Notes under the pieces: model-generated | The model's database searches: none | What the model saw: the letters and a program-made list of their open reading frames with translations, nothing else | What the model was told of the DNA's origin: nothing | Assembly (NCBI GenBank): GCA_003614145.1 | Contig: KZ987743.1 | Coordinates: 1-33,141 of the forward strand | DNA length: 33,141 nt | DNA from: Piptocephalis cylindrospora | Taxonomy: Eukaryota | Direction of reading: 5' to 3' | Program-made: the position numbers and the translations under genes | Shown here: positions 22,054-32,885 of the stretch, piece after piece | Layout: each line of letters starts with the position of its first letter | How positions within the stretch are numbered: position 1 is the first letter of the stretch

Positions 22054-22932
22054 CCTTGTTGACGGGCAACCCTAAGCCGGTTGGGGAGTTGAAGGGGAGT
22101 GGGGGGAGGGGGGGCGATGGCGAGGATGAACAACGCTCGCAGGATGGAGAGCGTGTTGACCAGATCGCGGGCAGGATCTAGGATTGTCACGTCAACTGAA
22201 TCAAGACAGGAAGGGATGAGGGATGATTTTGTTGAGGACATCCACACAGAATTGCTTCTCCTTCCTGTCAACGAGGTAAAAGCTTGCTCTTCATCCATTA
22301 TTGACTGACTTGACCGACTGACCGGTCGCGGACAAGGTCGACTCTCTCTCACACACCAGGCTAGTACCATGCAGAAGGGGCTGAAAAAGGAAGTTGAGTT
22401 TCAAAACTGCGAATTTTTGACAGGGTTGAATATTAAGCGCGAGTGTCTTTTAAACAAGCTCAGTGCGAGTGCCCTGGACTGAGGGTACATAGTGGAAAAA
22501 ATAGTCTCTCCAAGTCGCGGGTACTAGTGTTTCAAGGGCAGCATGTCGCTTGAGGAACAGACACATCAAGGATCCGCACACTACGTCCTTTAACTTGCCT
22601 TGTTTTTTTTCTTCTTGAAGCTGCTTTGGGTTTGTCTTGGAAGTTGCACGTCCTTCTCTCTCCCTTTTCCTCCCATCCTTTGGTCAACGGTCTTTCCGTC
22701 CTGATCACTTTGAGGTTTATCACGCCTTTCCCTCCTGGTGTCTTCTACCGCCGGTTGGTTCTGTTTGTTTAGGTAAGAGGATGGAATCAAAAGTGGGATG
22801 AGTCCCTTGGGTTGCGCTAATGCTCCCTCTATTCTCGTCCTATTCACCTCAGCATAGATATCCTCATCCCTCGGTTTTCCTGTGGATTAACCACTCATTC
22901 ACCCGCACCACAAGCTACACTTCCTAACCAGC

Positions 22933-24042
22933 ATGTCCCTTGGAGGAAGAGGAGGCCGTGGAGGAGGAGGACGGGGAGGGGGAAGGGGAGGCTCCATGAT
23001 GATGATGGGTGGGCTAGCCTCAGAGGTGGGGATGGAGCCCTTGTTCCCCGTGGAGGCCAATGCCAAGGCGTTTCCCGTGAGTGGAAGCATGAAATTAGGA
23101 GAGGGGAAGGGTCATTTCCCTCTACTGACCAATCCCTGATTACGCATGGATGATGTATAGGAAATTGCGGTGGAAAAGCAACGGGACCCGACAAGCGAAG
23201 AGCAAGAGGAGATTGAAAGGGCCAAAGATTTGATTAAGGCCATGCATGCCTCCCCTTTTTACCTCTTACCTCTGTCCCCTGCACCTGGTATGATTGGTCT
23301 TGGAGGGATGGAAGGGATGAGGAGAAGAGAAGGGAGTAAGGGCCCGACCATGTGAGTTTTCACTTACACTATCCTTTTCTGGAGCAAGTAGATATTGAAC
23401 GGTACTCGGATCGGTACAAAGTCAAGGGAACCGAGAGACCAGCCCTCTCCACTGTCCTTGCAGGTAAATGTTGATATATCGAATAAGTCATACTTTAGAT
23501 TGTTTTCTCATTTTTGCACTCTCGATAGATGTGTCCTTTTACCCAGAGGAGCTTCATAGTGTTCACAATCCTAAGGCAAAAAAGAAGGGTAGGTATTGGA
23601 TGTTGAGTGAAGGAGGGACTCTATTTTATCAAGAGACTCACATCCTTCCCTTCTCCGGGGGAACGAACAACGACAGAAAAGCAATCGTCTGCCTTGGCAT
23701 TGGATGTGGTGTCGGAATTGGATCATTTAGTCAAGGAGGATGAGGCCGGGGATCTGGGGGATGGAAAGGGTGAGGGCCAGGATGGAAGGGTAAGTTGAGA
23801 CGTGGATCACGAAAGAGATATAGCTTTTATGGTGAGGGGTCTCCATTCCTGGATCTAAAACTCATCCCACTCTTCCTTTACCTTAGGATGGGGAAGGAGA
23901 AGCCGAAGAGACTGAGGATTTGGCCGATGATTTTGACGACGAGGATGAGGAGAATGATTATGTAGAGGAGTACTTTGACAATGGAGAGGGCGATGGTGAT
24001 CTGGATGACGATGGGGGCGGGGGAGGTGGAGATGATTACTGA
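22933..24042 (+). CDS. RPC31: RNA polymerase III subunit C31 (Rpc31/POLR3G); 6 exons
   Basis: Motifs are an RGG-rich start, SPFYL, DIERYSDRYK, FYPEEL and an acidic tail NDYVEEYFDNGE. Exons are 22933-23076, 23161-23287, 23392-23463, 23529-23588, 23677-23789 and 23887-24042. All introns are GT-AG and frame-consistent. Confidence 0.93.
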
Positions 24043-24342
24043 ATAGGGTGGGTGAGGGAAAGGTCGTGTTTATGGCCCAGAGATACATTCTTATGGTATT
24101 TGCTCTTAATGACGATGTGTTGTCTGGACGGATGGATGAGCCCCATGTTTATTACCCCGTGGGACGTTAGAATTTAATCAGATATACGCATCTATATTTC
24201 ACACAGTGAATTCTCTCTCACCCATCTCACAACAAGGTGGCGGACATGAAACACCTTGGGTGTTTTGTCTGGAGGAATGCCTGTAGCTTCTCTTTCCCTT
24301 GTCCTCAACATGCAAAACCTCGGCATTCTTCCTAGACACCAA

Positions 24343-25711
24343 ATGACGGACACGTCTTGCGCGTACGACCATTTTATCAGAGTGCTTGACACTCACCCAG
24401 ATATGTAAGGTGGGGTAAGGGCCTTGTGGGGAAGAAGAGTGCTTCGCTAAATGGACATTTGAGCGTTGCTTAGTCAGGACTGACCCCACCTCCATCGATG
24501 ATTGCCTAGGACAGAGATGGGCTGGGTGCCAGAGGAGCAGGCACAGGGGTGGTCAGGTCCCGTGGTATGCATGGAGAACCGGTATCTGGGTATATCTATC
24601 AACGCAGTCCCCAAGATCCTGTCCGAGGCATACACGCGACTCAAGGTCCTTGGCTCGGACTTTGGTCGATTAACTGCTCAGAAGAGAAAGGAAGCTCATG
24701 ATGCCAGTCTTTGCCTGCTTCTCCTTCAAGCTGACAGCAGCTTGGGTCTAAACGGACGGTAAGCATGGATTCAGGGATGTTCGTCCTACTATGAATATGT
24801 ACAAATGATTTATGAATTGCATCTGCTAACTCCCTAACCACCTCAGCCGATCCTGGTTAACAAATGCTGATGAAAGAATGATCCTACAAGAAGTGAAATG
24901 GGTCAACCTGTCGCAATCATGGCCAAAGAATGCCAAGAACTCGGCCTTATGGTGCTATCGTCAATGGATCATGAGAGGAGATGGGAGAGGTATATGGCAG
25001 TGTAAGGAAAAATGGGAAGGTGAACGAGAGGCAACCAGGTTGGCATGTACGCGGCATGCGAGGAACTATGCAGCATGGACATACCGACTGAGCTTGCTCC
25101 CTGGGACGCTGAACTCGGATGCGTCGGGGGCTAGAAATGACGAAGAAAGAGGTCGGGTGCGCTTATGGGAGGAGGAGACCTTTTCCATGGGGTGGACTGA
25201 GGAACATCTGATGGACTCCTCTGGTTGGCATTTCCGACGGGCGGTCCTGGCTAAACTGTCGCATTTTGACCCAGGTTGCGAATGGGGAGATCGAGAGGTG
25301 ACCCGGATGTGTGGGCTAATTGAGCGATACCCAGGGCATCAGGTGCTCTGGACTCACCTCCAGCTCTGCTTGATTCCTCCCATCCAAGGCTCAGACACGG
25401 GCCAGGTTGAGGGCCGGGGTAACAACCGGTGGATACAAGGGCTGGAGAGCGCCATTTCATGGATACAGGAAAAATGCCACGCCCCTCATCAGGAAAGATG
25501 GGCTTACACAGCACTAGTATTTCTTTATTCTCACCTACCCCCTTCCCTGAACGATTTAATCAACAGGGATTATGTACGGGATGGATGGTTGAGCGAGATG
25601 ACGCCATCTTCTGAAGCCTCCCCCCAGCATCCTATGCGCACTATACGTGAGGAGCAAATACGAACATTGCTTACAAGGGAGGATGACGCGGGTGGGAAGT
25701 GGGTAGATTAG
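24343..25711 (+). CDS. Protein prenyltransferase alpha-subunit repeat protein (PTAR1/Ecm9-like); 3 exons
   Basis: PPTA repeats are AKNSALWCYRQWI, HARNYAAWTYR, DSSGWHFRR and LIERYPGHQVLWTH. The N-terminal EMGWVP..ENRYLGI resembles PTAR1. Exons are 24343-24404, 24510-24758 and 24847-25711, with GTAAGG and GTAAGC donors. Confidence 0.85.
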
Positions 25712-25777
25712 GGTAACCAAAGCTGTATTTTATATATCCAATCCCTTCCCCCTTGTTGATAAACGCATCATCGTTAA

Positions 25778-26610
25778 TCAGAGATTGGCCTGTGGGGCAG
25801 GAAGGAATGATTTTTGGTCCAACCACGTTAAGATGGTTTGAACGACCTGGCTCTTATTCCCGGTAAAGTTGTGATCGACCTCGGGGAAAACCTTCAAAGT
25901 GCTTCCAGGTACGACCTCATGATATCTACGAGAGTCTTTGACATCAACAATGGCATCCTTGGAGCCATGAAGAATAAGCAGTTCGTATGGGAAGGGCTGG
26001 AGAAGACCATCCATGGAAGTGGGCAAAGTCTTGAACTCGGCCACATCGGCCTGGGTGAGACGGGTAATGACCTTTCGACCCCGGGCCGTGTACACTCGAT
26101 CATGGTAGCCTTTATTCTGCAAGGCTTGGTTGATCTCGTCAGTGTTGATTAAGGAAGCCTCTGGGCCCAGATAGTATCGTCCGGACAGATCGACGATCCA
26201 CTGGAGATCCCTGGGCCGATGCTGGATAGCCCAGTTGATGGCGACCCCCCCACCCCTGGAGTGGCCAATGACTCCAGAGACCTGGAAACCTGTGTTCCTG
26301 GCCCAGGTGGCCACGGACTCAACATCGGTGATATCATCCTTGAGGTGGGAACGAATAAACCTGTCCCCACTATCGCCATTTCCGCCAAAATCAAATCGGA
26401 TGGATGGAATGGGCAGGGCATGCGCTAGAGTCTTTTGGTAAAGGTAATCCTTGTGTCCTAGCATGCCATGCAGGATGAGGGCAACGGGGATCTTGATGTT
26501 GATGGGTCTCTGACACGTCAGTAGGGGGGGGGGGAGCCCTTTGGCATGTGTAGAGTGGCGGCCAGCTGGACACCATCACCTCCTGGGATCCAGATTGTAG
26601 TATCGGTCAT
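25778..26610 (-). CDS. Alpha/beta-hydrolase fold serine hydrolase with an apparent frameshift at the C11 run 26524-26534
   Basis: Motifs are VALILHG (oxyanion), RFDFGGNGDS, nucleophile GHSRGG, ILHGSKDAIV (Asp) and DHNF (His). The N-terminal strands MTDTTIWIPGGDGVQLAATLHMP from ATG 26610 are in another frame. Confidence 0.9.
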
Positions 26611-27661
26611 TGCAAGCTGTGTGAGCGATAGCTTGACTTTTTTGGATGGTTGTAGAGAAGGAGGGTGAAGGAAGAGTGAATGATGAGAGAAAGGGGAGGG
26701 GGGAAGAGAGGTGTTGCACAAGAATATGTCCCTCTTTTAATCAGGGAAACCAGGGAGACCAGGGAAAAAGATCATCTTGGGAATGACCTGTGTTCATTCA
26801 ACAAACCCGGAACGCGGAGGTCATGGTGGACCGAATGGACGGTTTGAGAGAGGGCGAATGGCTCAGCGGTGGTGAATGAAGCGAATCTATGCTCCCGGTA
26901 GATAAGCCTACCGGGAATGGGAGATGGGCGCATCAAGGAGTGGCTCTACGTAGGTGCTTGAGAAGCCTTTCCAATACCTGAGGGAAAATGGCTAGCCGTA
27001 TCCCTTAATTCCCTAGGCCACATTATCTCGGAACCATGCACTTCCGGATACTGATAAGAATAGGGCCAATCAAAGTCAGTGTGCCCCACAACGGGATGCT
27101 CATAAAAGCACACATGCTAGAACGATCATTGGCTCAAAATAAAGCTTATGCGTGAATAGTCAGAAAATTATCAGCCGTGCCACACATTTACACAATACTT
27201 TGATACGGGAAAGAGGATAGACCAGACCTTACCAGTATAGGTATGTATTTTCCACCTGAAAGATTGGAACACTCCGTGAGTCATTACTTCAAGCACGGGT
27301 AGATATGTCCATTATATCACATGGACAAATTTGGGTCATCTTTCCGAATTAAATTCACACTGATCCGTGCATATTTAGTCAGCGCGGCCAGAAAGATTTT
27401 TTTCCAATACATTTCGCTGTTTACTACTACTACTACGCCAGAAATATTCATGGAAGGGTAGCGTTCGGATTACGTACCTTGACCGACAGGCATACTTGTT
27501 TTTGCTCGTGTGGAAAATTTACACACATGATGATGATAAAACCGATCTATTTATCCCTCATGGGGCTAGCTACAGAGTATCCGAACGCATGACCCGTCTA
27601 GGCCGGCCTGCGTGGTACCAGGGACATACACATGGAGGACAAAGATATATGGAGTTTCGTT

Positions 27662-27703
27662 AAATATATTGTCTCAAAGGGAAAATGCACCCAAGGGACT
27701 ACA
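27662..27703 (+). repeat. Dispersed 42-bp repeat, copy 2
   Basis: AAATATATTGTCTCAAAGGGAAAATGCACCCAAGGGACTACA is 36/42 identical to 10271-10312. Confidence 0.75.
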
Positions 27704-28552
27704 TATATGGGATTGCAAGTCAAAGGGGTCAGAAAAATCTGGGAGGATGACGTTCGGGTCATATATTCTTGTTCATAAATACGCATTTTGTCTTGTGTGC
27801 GAAACCTCTCACATAAAAAAGGACGAAAGCCGTTGTCCACATACATCTGCGCTTCAAGATAGAGAGAGATGAGTAGATCTTGGTTGTCATTTCCTGCTCA
27901 GGATCCATACGCAAGGGATCGGGAATGATGGGTAAGGGGGTCTTATACCCCATCTGATGAGGTGGATATGCCAGGATTGGGGGCGTACGAGAGGCAGATC
28001 CTCCTCTCCTTCTAGAAAAAGCTCACATTCACATACAGCCACACTAGGCGCTTTGGCGAGGGAACCACTCAGGATGGCGCTTTTCCCATCTCTAGGTCTT
28101 TCATTGCCCTACGAGTGCACGCCCTCTTGCTTGGCTTGGCAGGATAATGTCGGAGTTGCCACGATGGGCGAACAGGTGGAGGATAGCGCCGAACTGATGA
28201 GTGGGTGACTGAGCCTGGCCTTTCTGATGATCCATTCCCCAATTTATTTGTTACACCTCTCATCTCATCCCTCCCTCCAAGGGCTCTATTTCAGACGGCC
28301 AAGACCAAGTCAATCGGGGATGAAAAAGGAAGAGGAATACGGAAGGATCATCCTTCTGCATCTCCCAGTCCCTATTGTCTTCTCCCTTCCCCCAGTTTAT
28401 CATCTCTGTCCAACCTCTTGAATTTACTTTCTAGTACACTTCCTACCATTCTAATTCTACTCCAAGATACATATTGATTACCCCGCTTTTATCTACACCA
28501 GTCGACCTGGTGTTCCATTTTATTCAGGACAAGTTTATCAATATCTGCCTGC

Positions 28553-30251
28553 ATGATTCGCCCATTCAATAATAATACTTTACCCTGGAAGGCACATCAT
28601 AGGTGTCATCCATCCCACTTGGGCTTCTCCTTGCCCCGGCTGATCACCCATCTTCTTTTTTTCCTCCTCCTCCTCCTCTATCTTGGTATTCCGGCGTACT
28701 CATCTTCCCTAGGATCGGTAGGGTCCACGGTAGCTCCATCCCAGGTTTCCCCTACTCTTCTCCGAAGGGATACCCTCCCGGGAGATGGATCATCATCCTG
28801 CATAGTATGCGATGACTCGAACCTTCCTGCTCCCTGCCCTACCTGCCCCACTAACCAAGTGTGTGTCTTGGTGGCAAGGACGTGTGGGATGTGTACTAAG
28901 AATATGTGCCGATCTGCCTCGGTCCTCGGTAAACAAGGGAACTCCACTGGAGCGGACTCAGAAGGGCCGAAAAAGCAAGAAGGGGTGGATGAATCCACCA
29001 TTGCTATCATAATTTCCTCGGTCATCGGGGCAATCCTGCTACTCACGGTTATCGGAGGATTTATTTGGTGGAAGCGGCGACAAGACCGGAAGTCAAATGG
29101 TGTGCCTCCTGGGCCTCACATGACCTCTAGGAGCAATGTCACCACTAAGGATATTTCCCTTCCCTATGCTTCCCTCGATCAGGGAGGGGCCTCTTCATTA
29201 TCCTTCCGGACCAAAGGAGAAGGGAATGAGTTTAGGGGAGGCGGTAGTAGCTCTCAGCCTACTCTGGACCCATCTCCGTTTGCTGATCGGCATTCCATCC
29301 CTTTATCAGATCAGGGGCTTAGCAGTGCATCTCGTAGCAAGTCATTTATACATGAGCCAGAGCATTATGACCCGTGGGAAGAGGATGGGGTGGATTATAC
29401 TTATCCAAAAAATTCACCGGGTGCTGGAAGCCTGCAAGAAGCGGCAGAGGCTACCTTGGCTTTGGTCACCCTGTCACATCGACCCTCCGTTAGGGCTATT
29501 ACTCCTGGTAAGGATGGCCACGATCTAGCTTGCTCTTTCCCACCTCTCTGATCCCCTTTATTTATGACCATGATAGAGACCATAGTGGCCCCGAGCTATC
29601 CCATGGAGTACAATAATCGAGAGCAGCATAAGATGGAAAATCCTTTTGCTAGCCCAACCCGTGTATGTACATCTCCTTCCAGGAGCGAAAGATCCCTAGG
29701 AGTGCAAACGGACTCTCCGACTCTTCCTGCTAAGAGTCTTTCCAGGACAAAGAATGCGCCTCCCCCTAACCAATCTGCCCAGCATGAGGGAAAGGAGCGT
29801 CCGGTCAGTGTGGCCATCTCTGTGGCCAGTACGGTGGAAAGTGTACCGGAAGTGAGCCTTGCTCGAAGAACCACCCTCAGTCCTCATCCAAGCCCGGTAG
29901 CTTCTCAATCCGGTGTATCTCTCGGTCGCCCCAGTGTCTTGCTATGGAAGCGAGGGGAAACCATTCCTCTCGCCACGCGCTCCAAGTCGGAGGGCGATCA
30001 GGTCGATGACCAGATATCTGATTCTTCGACCGCTCCTTCAACCATCCACTCCCCCTCTGGCCCCATCATGGGGAAGCGGCATAGCATGACGCGTTCAGGT
30101 AAGCTTCATCCTACGTAGGGGTACGAATATATATTGGATATTCAGTTGAATATTGAATGAGAGTAATTAGTCATGGCCTTGTCCCTCGATCAATAGTAGT
30201 ACTGACGTAACGAGTATCAACATTCTAGCCACAACCTTATCCCTTGGCTAA
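28553..30251 (+). CDS. OPY2: Opy2-like single-pass membrane anchor (8-Cys extracellular domain, TM, Ser/Pro-rich cytoplasmic tail)
   Basis: CIVCDDSNLPAPCPTCPTNQVCVLVARTCGMCTKNMC fits the Opy2 pattern CxxC..CPxC....C.....TCxxC....C. The TM segment is IAIIISSVIGAILLLTVIGGFIWW-KRR. Intron 29508-29576 joins the two ORFs. A probable last intron at 30099-30228 (GTAAGC..TACTGAC..TAG) gives a stop at 30251; without it the stop is at 30118. Confidence 0.75.
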
Positions 30252-31271
30252 TGGCGTTCATGAACATCCTTTCATCACATGTTGAATAGGAAGCAATGTG
30301 ACCTTATCCAGACGTAGATCCTTACATTCCCCCCCCCCCTCCCCCCCTAGCTACGCGGCATGGACATGGTCGGAGGTAAATCCTTCAGGGGGAAACGTTT
30401 GAAGAGCAGACGACCCGATTTTCCCCATTCGAAGAACTATCATTTGCTCAGCTTCTGTTTAGGATTGGTTTCATCTTAGAAGAGGGCAGCACACATGTAC
30501 GAATGCACCCCTTGAACATACCTTTCTCCAGGGCATACGGCAGTTGAGTAGGGGTCGGAGATGACGCGTTCCCGACCAGTGACATAGCGCCCACGTGACC
30601 TTCCCGCTGGGCTATTGGTTTGAAGATGTGTGGAAAGGGGAGAAAAGGGGGGGGAGATTATGTATCTCCTTCACTCCTCCCGAAAAGTAACTAACTAATG
30701 AGATATCGTCCTTTTGTTACGTGGGTCTCTCCAGAGATCGCCGTTCCATTTCCTCTCCCTTATCAAGCCTCTTTCCGCATGCACGACGGGGCCATATGGG
30801 CCTGCCCTGTAGCCTCAATGTACGTACTCCCCCGAGCTAGGTATCAATATGCCAGATGGTTGACCAAATCATGGCAAAGGGCTTGAAAGATGCGAGGATG
30901 CATGGGTGGCCATCCCTGTTTCTCCTCGGCCCTCCTCCTGTTTCTCCCTCTCCCCTTCCCTTCCCCTACACTTCGTCCAAGGCTGGGAAAAACGTGTGTC
31001 CCCGGTTCATGGCCACTGTCCCGTTCCATTCATCCTGTAGTATTAAAATACATGTTCTGCAGGTCATGAGAGGCACTCAAGGGGAAGGGATGGAGGCGCC
31101 GCTCCACTTCACTCATGAGGTGGTCTCACTCACGGCAATTTACCCCTCCCCTTGTTTTGCTCCCCAAGGGAGCAACAGGGTGGAAGTGTTGGTTAACCAG
31201 GCTCATGGATTTTCAGCATGGGCGGAAGGGGGATGTGCCCACCCTTCCTTCCCAGAACCAGTCCCACCATC

Positions 31272-31277
31272 TATAAA
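31272..31277 (+). promoter_or_regulatory. Candidate TATA box
   Basis: TATAAA followed by a long CT-rich tract ~330 bp upstream of ATG 31608. This is a motif match only. Confidence 0.4.
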
Positions 31278-31434
31278 AAGGATCTGCTTCCACACTCTGC
31301 CCAGGTGATGCCCCCTCCCATTGTGCCCCCTCCCCCTTCCTCACTTCCTCTCCCTCCTCCTCCTGGCCATACTGTTTGATCTCTGTCGTTGGTTTTATTG
31401 TTTCCTTTTCCTTCGTCCCCTACCTTCATCATCC

Positions 31435-31478
31435 CTCTCTCTCTCTCTCTCTCTCCCTCTCTCTGTGTGTGTGTGTGT
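31435..31478. repeat. (CT)n(GT)n compound microsatellite in putative 5' UTR
   Basis: Directly visible. Confidence 0.9.
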
Positions 31479-31607
31479 TTGCCTCCTCTTCATCCTATCT
31501 CATCTGCTGTGTACACACTGTCCATCTCTCTGTTTGAACCACTGTTTCACGCCCTCCTCCTCTTCCTTCTCTATCTACTTCTCCTCTCTTCCTCCTCCCA
31601 TCTAGCC

Positions 31608-32885
31608 ATGAACAAGCTTCCAAGTATTACTGAAGTCACTGGAGGATCCACGGATCCTTCCCTCTGTCTCAATAACCCCTCCCTCCTCCAGCCATCCACT
31701 ATGGAGGCACCGTTGCAGAGGTCATTGAATTTATCAGACTTGTCCATGGAGGCCTCCATCATGTCGTCTGGCTCATCATCTTTTGGGTTCTCGAATGGAT
31801 CATTGAATCATTCTTTTGAAAAACCCGGATCGTCCTTGGAACCCTCGAGCCTGACGGATATGTCGTCAGACCCCTCCTTTGGTTTTTTCAACTTGCCCCC
31901 ACGCCACCCCCCTCCTCTTTCCAGTGTATCATCCGAATTTCCTCCGAGCCTCCAGAGCATGGGATCAGGACAATCCTTGGATGTGTCCAGCCTGGCCCCT
32001 GAACAACAGGGGTTCTTCAAAAGTACCGGTGCGCCTTCTCTTTCGGCCTTCATGGCCTTTCCTCTCTCCTCGACCTCCCAGCACCACATACCCTCCTTGG
32101 TCAGCGCCTTGGGAGAGGAGGGTTCTAAGCTTCCCCCTCTCTCCCCTGCCCGTCTCAATCACCGACATGCCCCTTACCAGCATCACTCGCATCCTCACTC
32201 CATGTATTCGCATCCCCCTCAGCATCCGCCCTCCCATCCTCCCTGTCCATCCTCGCAACAACCATGTCAACCCCCTTCACAGGAGCTACCCAATCCGCGC
32301 CTCGTAACACCACCACAAAGTCAGCCGCATCAGCAAAAGCAACAATCTGGCTCGGCTTGCTCCCATTCACGCCATTCCTCCACGCATCCCCATCGCCAGC
32401 ATGGTCAGCATCAGAGAATGGCTTCATGTCCGTCCTTTCCCTCCATCTCAGAGCTTCAGCAGCACAGGAAACAACAGCAGGCTCAACGGCACCCTCAGCC
32501 CTGGCAGAACTTACATCATCCTGATGCTCGTTTAGCCCAAATCTCCAAGTTGGTCAGTGAGGTCAAGGATCTGGAAACGATACTCTTTTCCAATTGTCCC
32601 AGTCAGCGGGCCTACCGGCAGGAAGTGGAGAATGCTCTCCGTGTGCTGGAGGATCTCAAGAGCAAGGCTCGAGCTCGGGTTTCAAAGGAGGGGGGTGGAG
32701 GAGGTCGCGTAACTCGGAGAAGGAGGCAAAGTGTTGATTCTGGAGCTATTGGGCCCTCCTCCATCACTCTTCATCCAGTCCCATTGGTTCGTGGGGGCGG
32801 CCATTTCCTCCCCTCCGGACCCAAGGACCCACCGATGACTCTGACCAGCATCCGTCAATCCTCCTCCTTCGATAATGCTTCTTAA
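31608..32885 (+). CDS. 425-aa low-complexity (Ser/Pro/His/Gln) protein with a C-terminal helical, possibly KIX-like, segment
   Basis: GCC-ATG at 31608 begins an open frame (MNKLPSITEV...). The only structured-looking part is ARLAQISKLVSEVKDLETILFSNCPSQRAYRQEVENALRVLEDLK, followed by basic RVTRRRR. Confidence 0.7.
   Translation: MNKLPSITEVTGGSTDPSLCLNNPSLLQPSTMEAPLQRSLNLSDLSMEASIMSSGSSSFGFSNGSLNHSFEKPGSSLEPSSLTDMSSDPSFGFFNLPPRHPPPLSSVSSEFPPSLQSMGSGQSLDVSSLAPEQQGFFKSTGAPSLSAFMAFPLSSTSQHHIPSLVSALGEEGSKLPPLSPARLNHRHAPYQHHSHPHSMYSHPPQHPPSHPPCPSSQQPCQPPSQELPNPRLVTPPQSQPHQQKQQSGSACSHSRHSSTHPHRQHGQHQRMASCPSFPSISELQQHRKQQQAQRHPQPWQNLHHPDARLAQISKLVSEVKDLETILFSNCPSQRAYRQEVENALRVLEDLKSKARARVSKEGGGGGRVTRRRRQSVDSGAIGPSSITLHPVPLVRGGGHFLPSGPKDPPMTLTSIRQSSSFDNAS

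Noticed and set aside
26518..26520. TGA in the hydrolase 5' ORF as selenocysteine or readthrough
   Set aside because: Readthrough stays in the wrong frame and meets TAG ~20 codons later.
26852..26930. tRNA-like start GGGCGAATGGCTCAGCGGT
   Set aside because: There is no D-stem closure, no GTTCRA B-box/T-loop and no acceptor-stem complement.
21716..30569. ACGCGT (MCB) hexamers at ~21716, ~30089 and ~30564
   Set aside because: Two are inside CDSs and the third is isolated. The frequency is compatible with chance.
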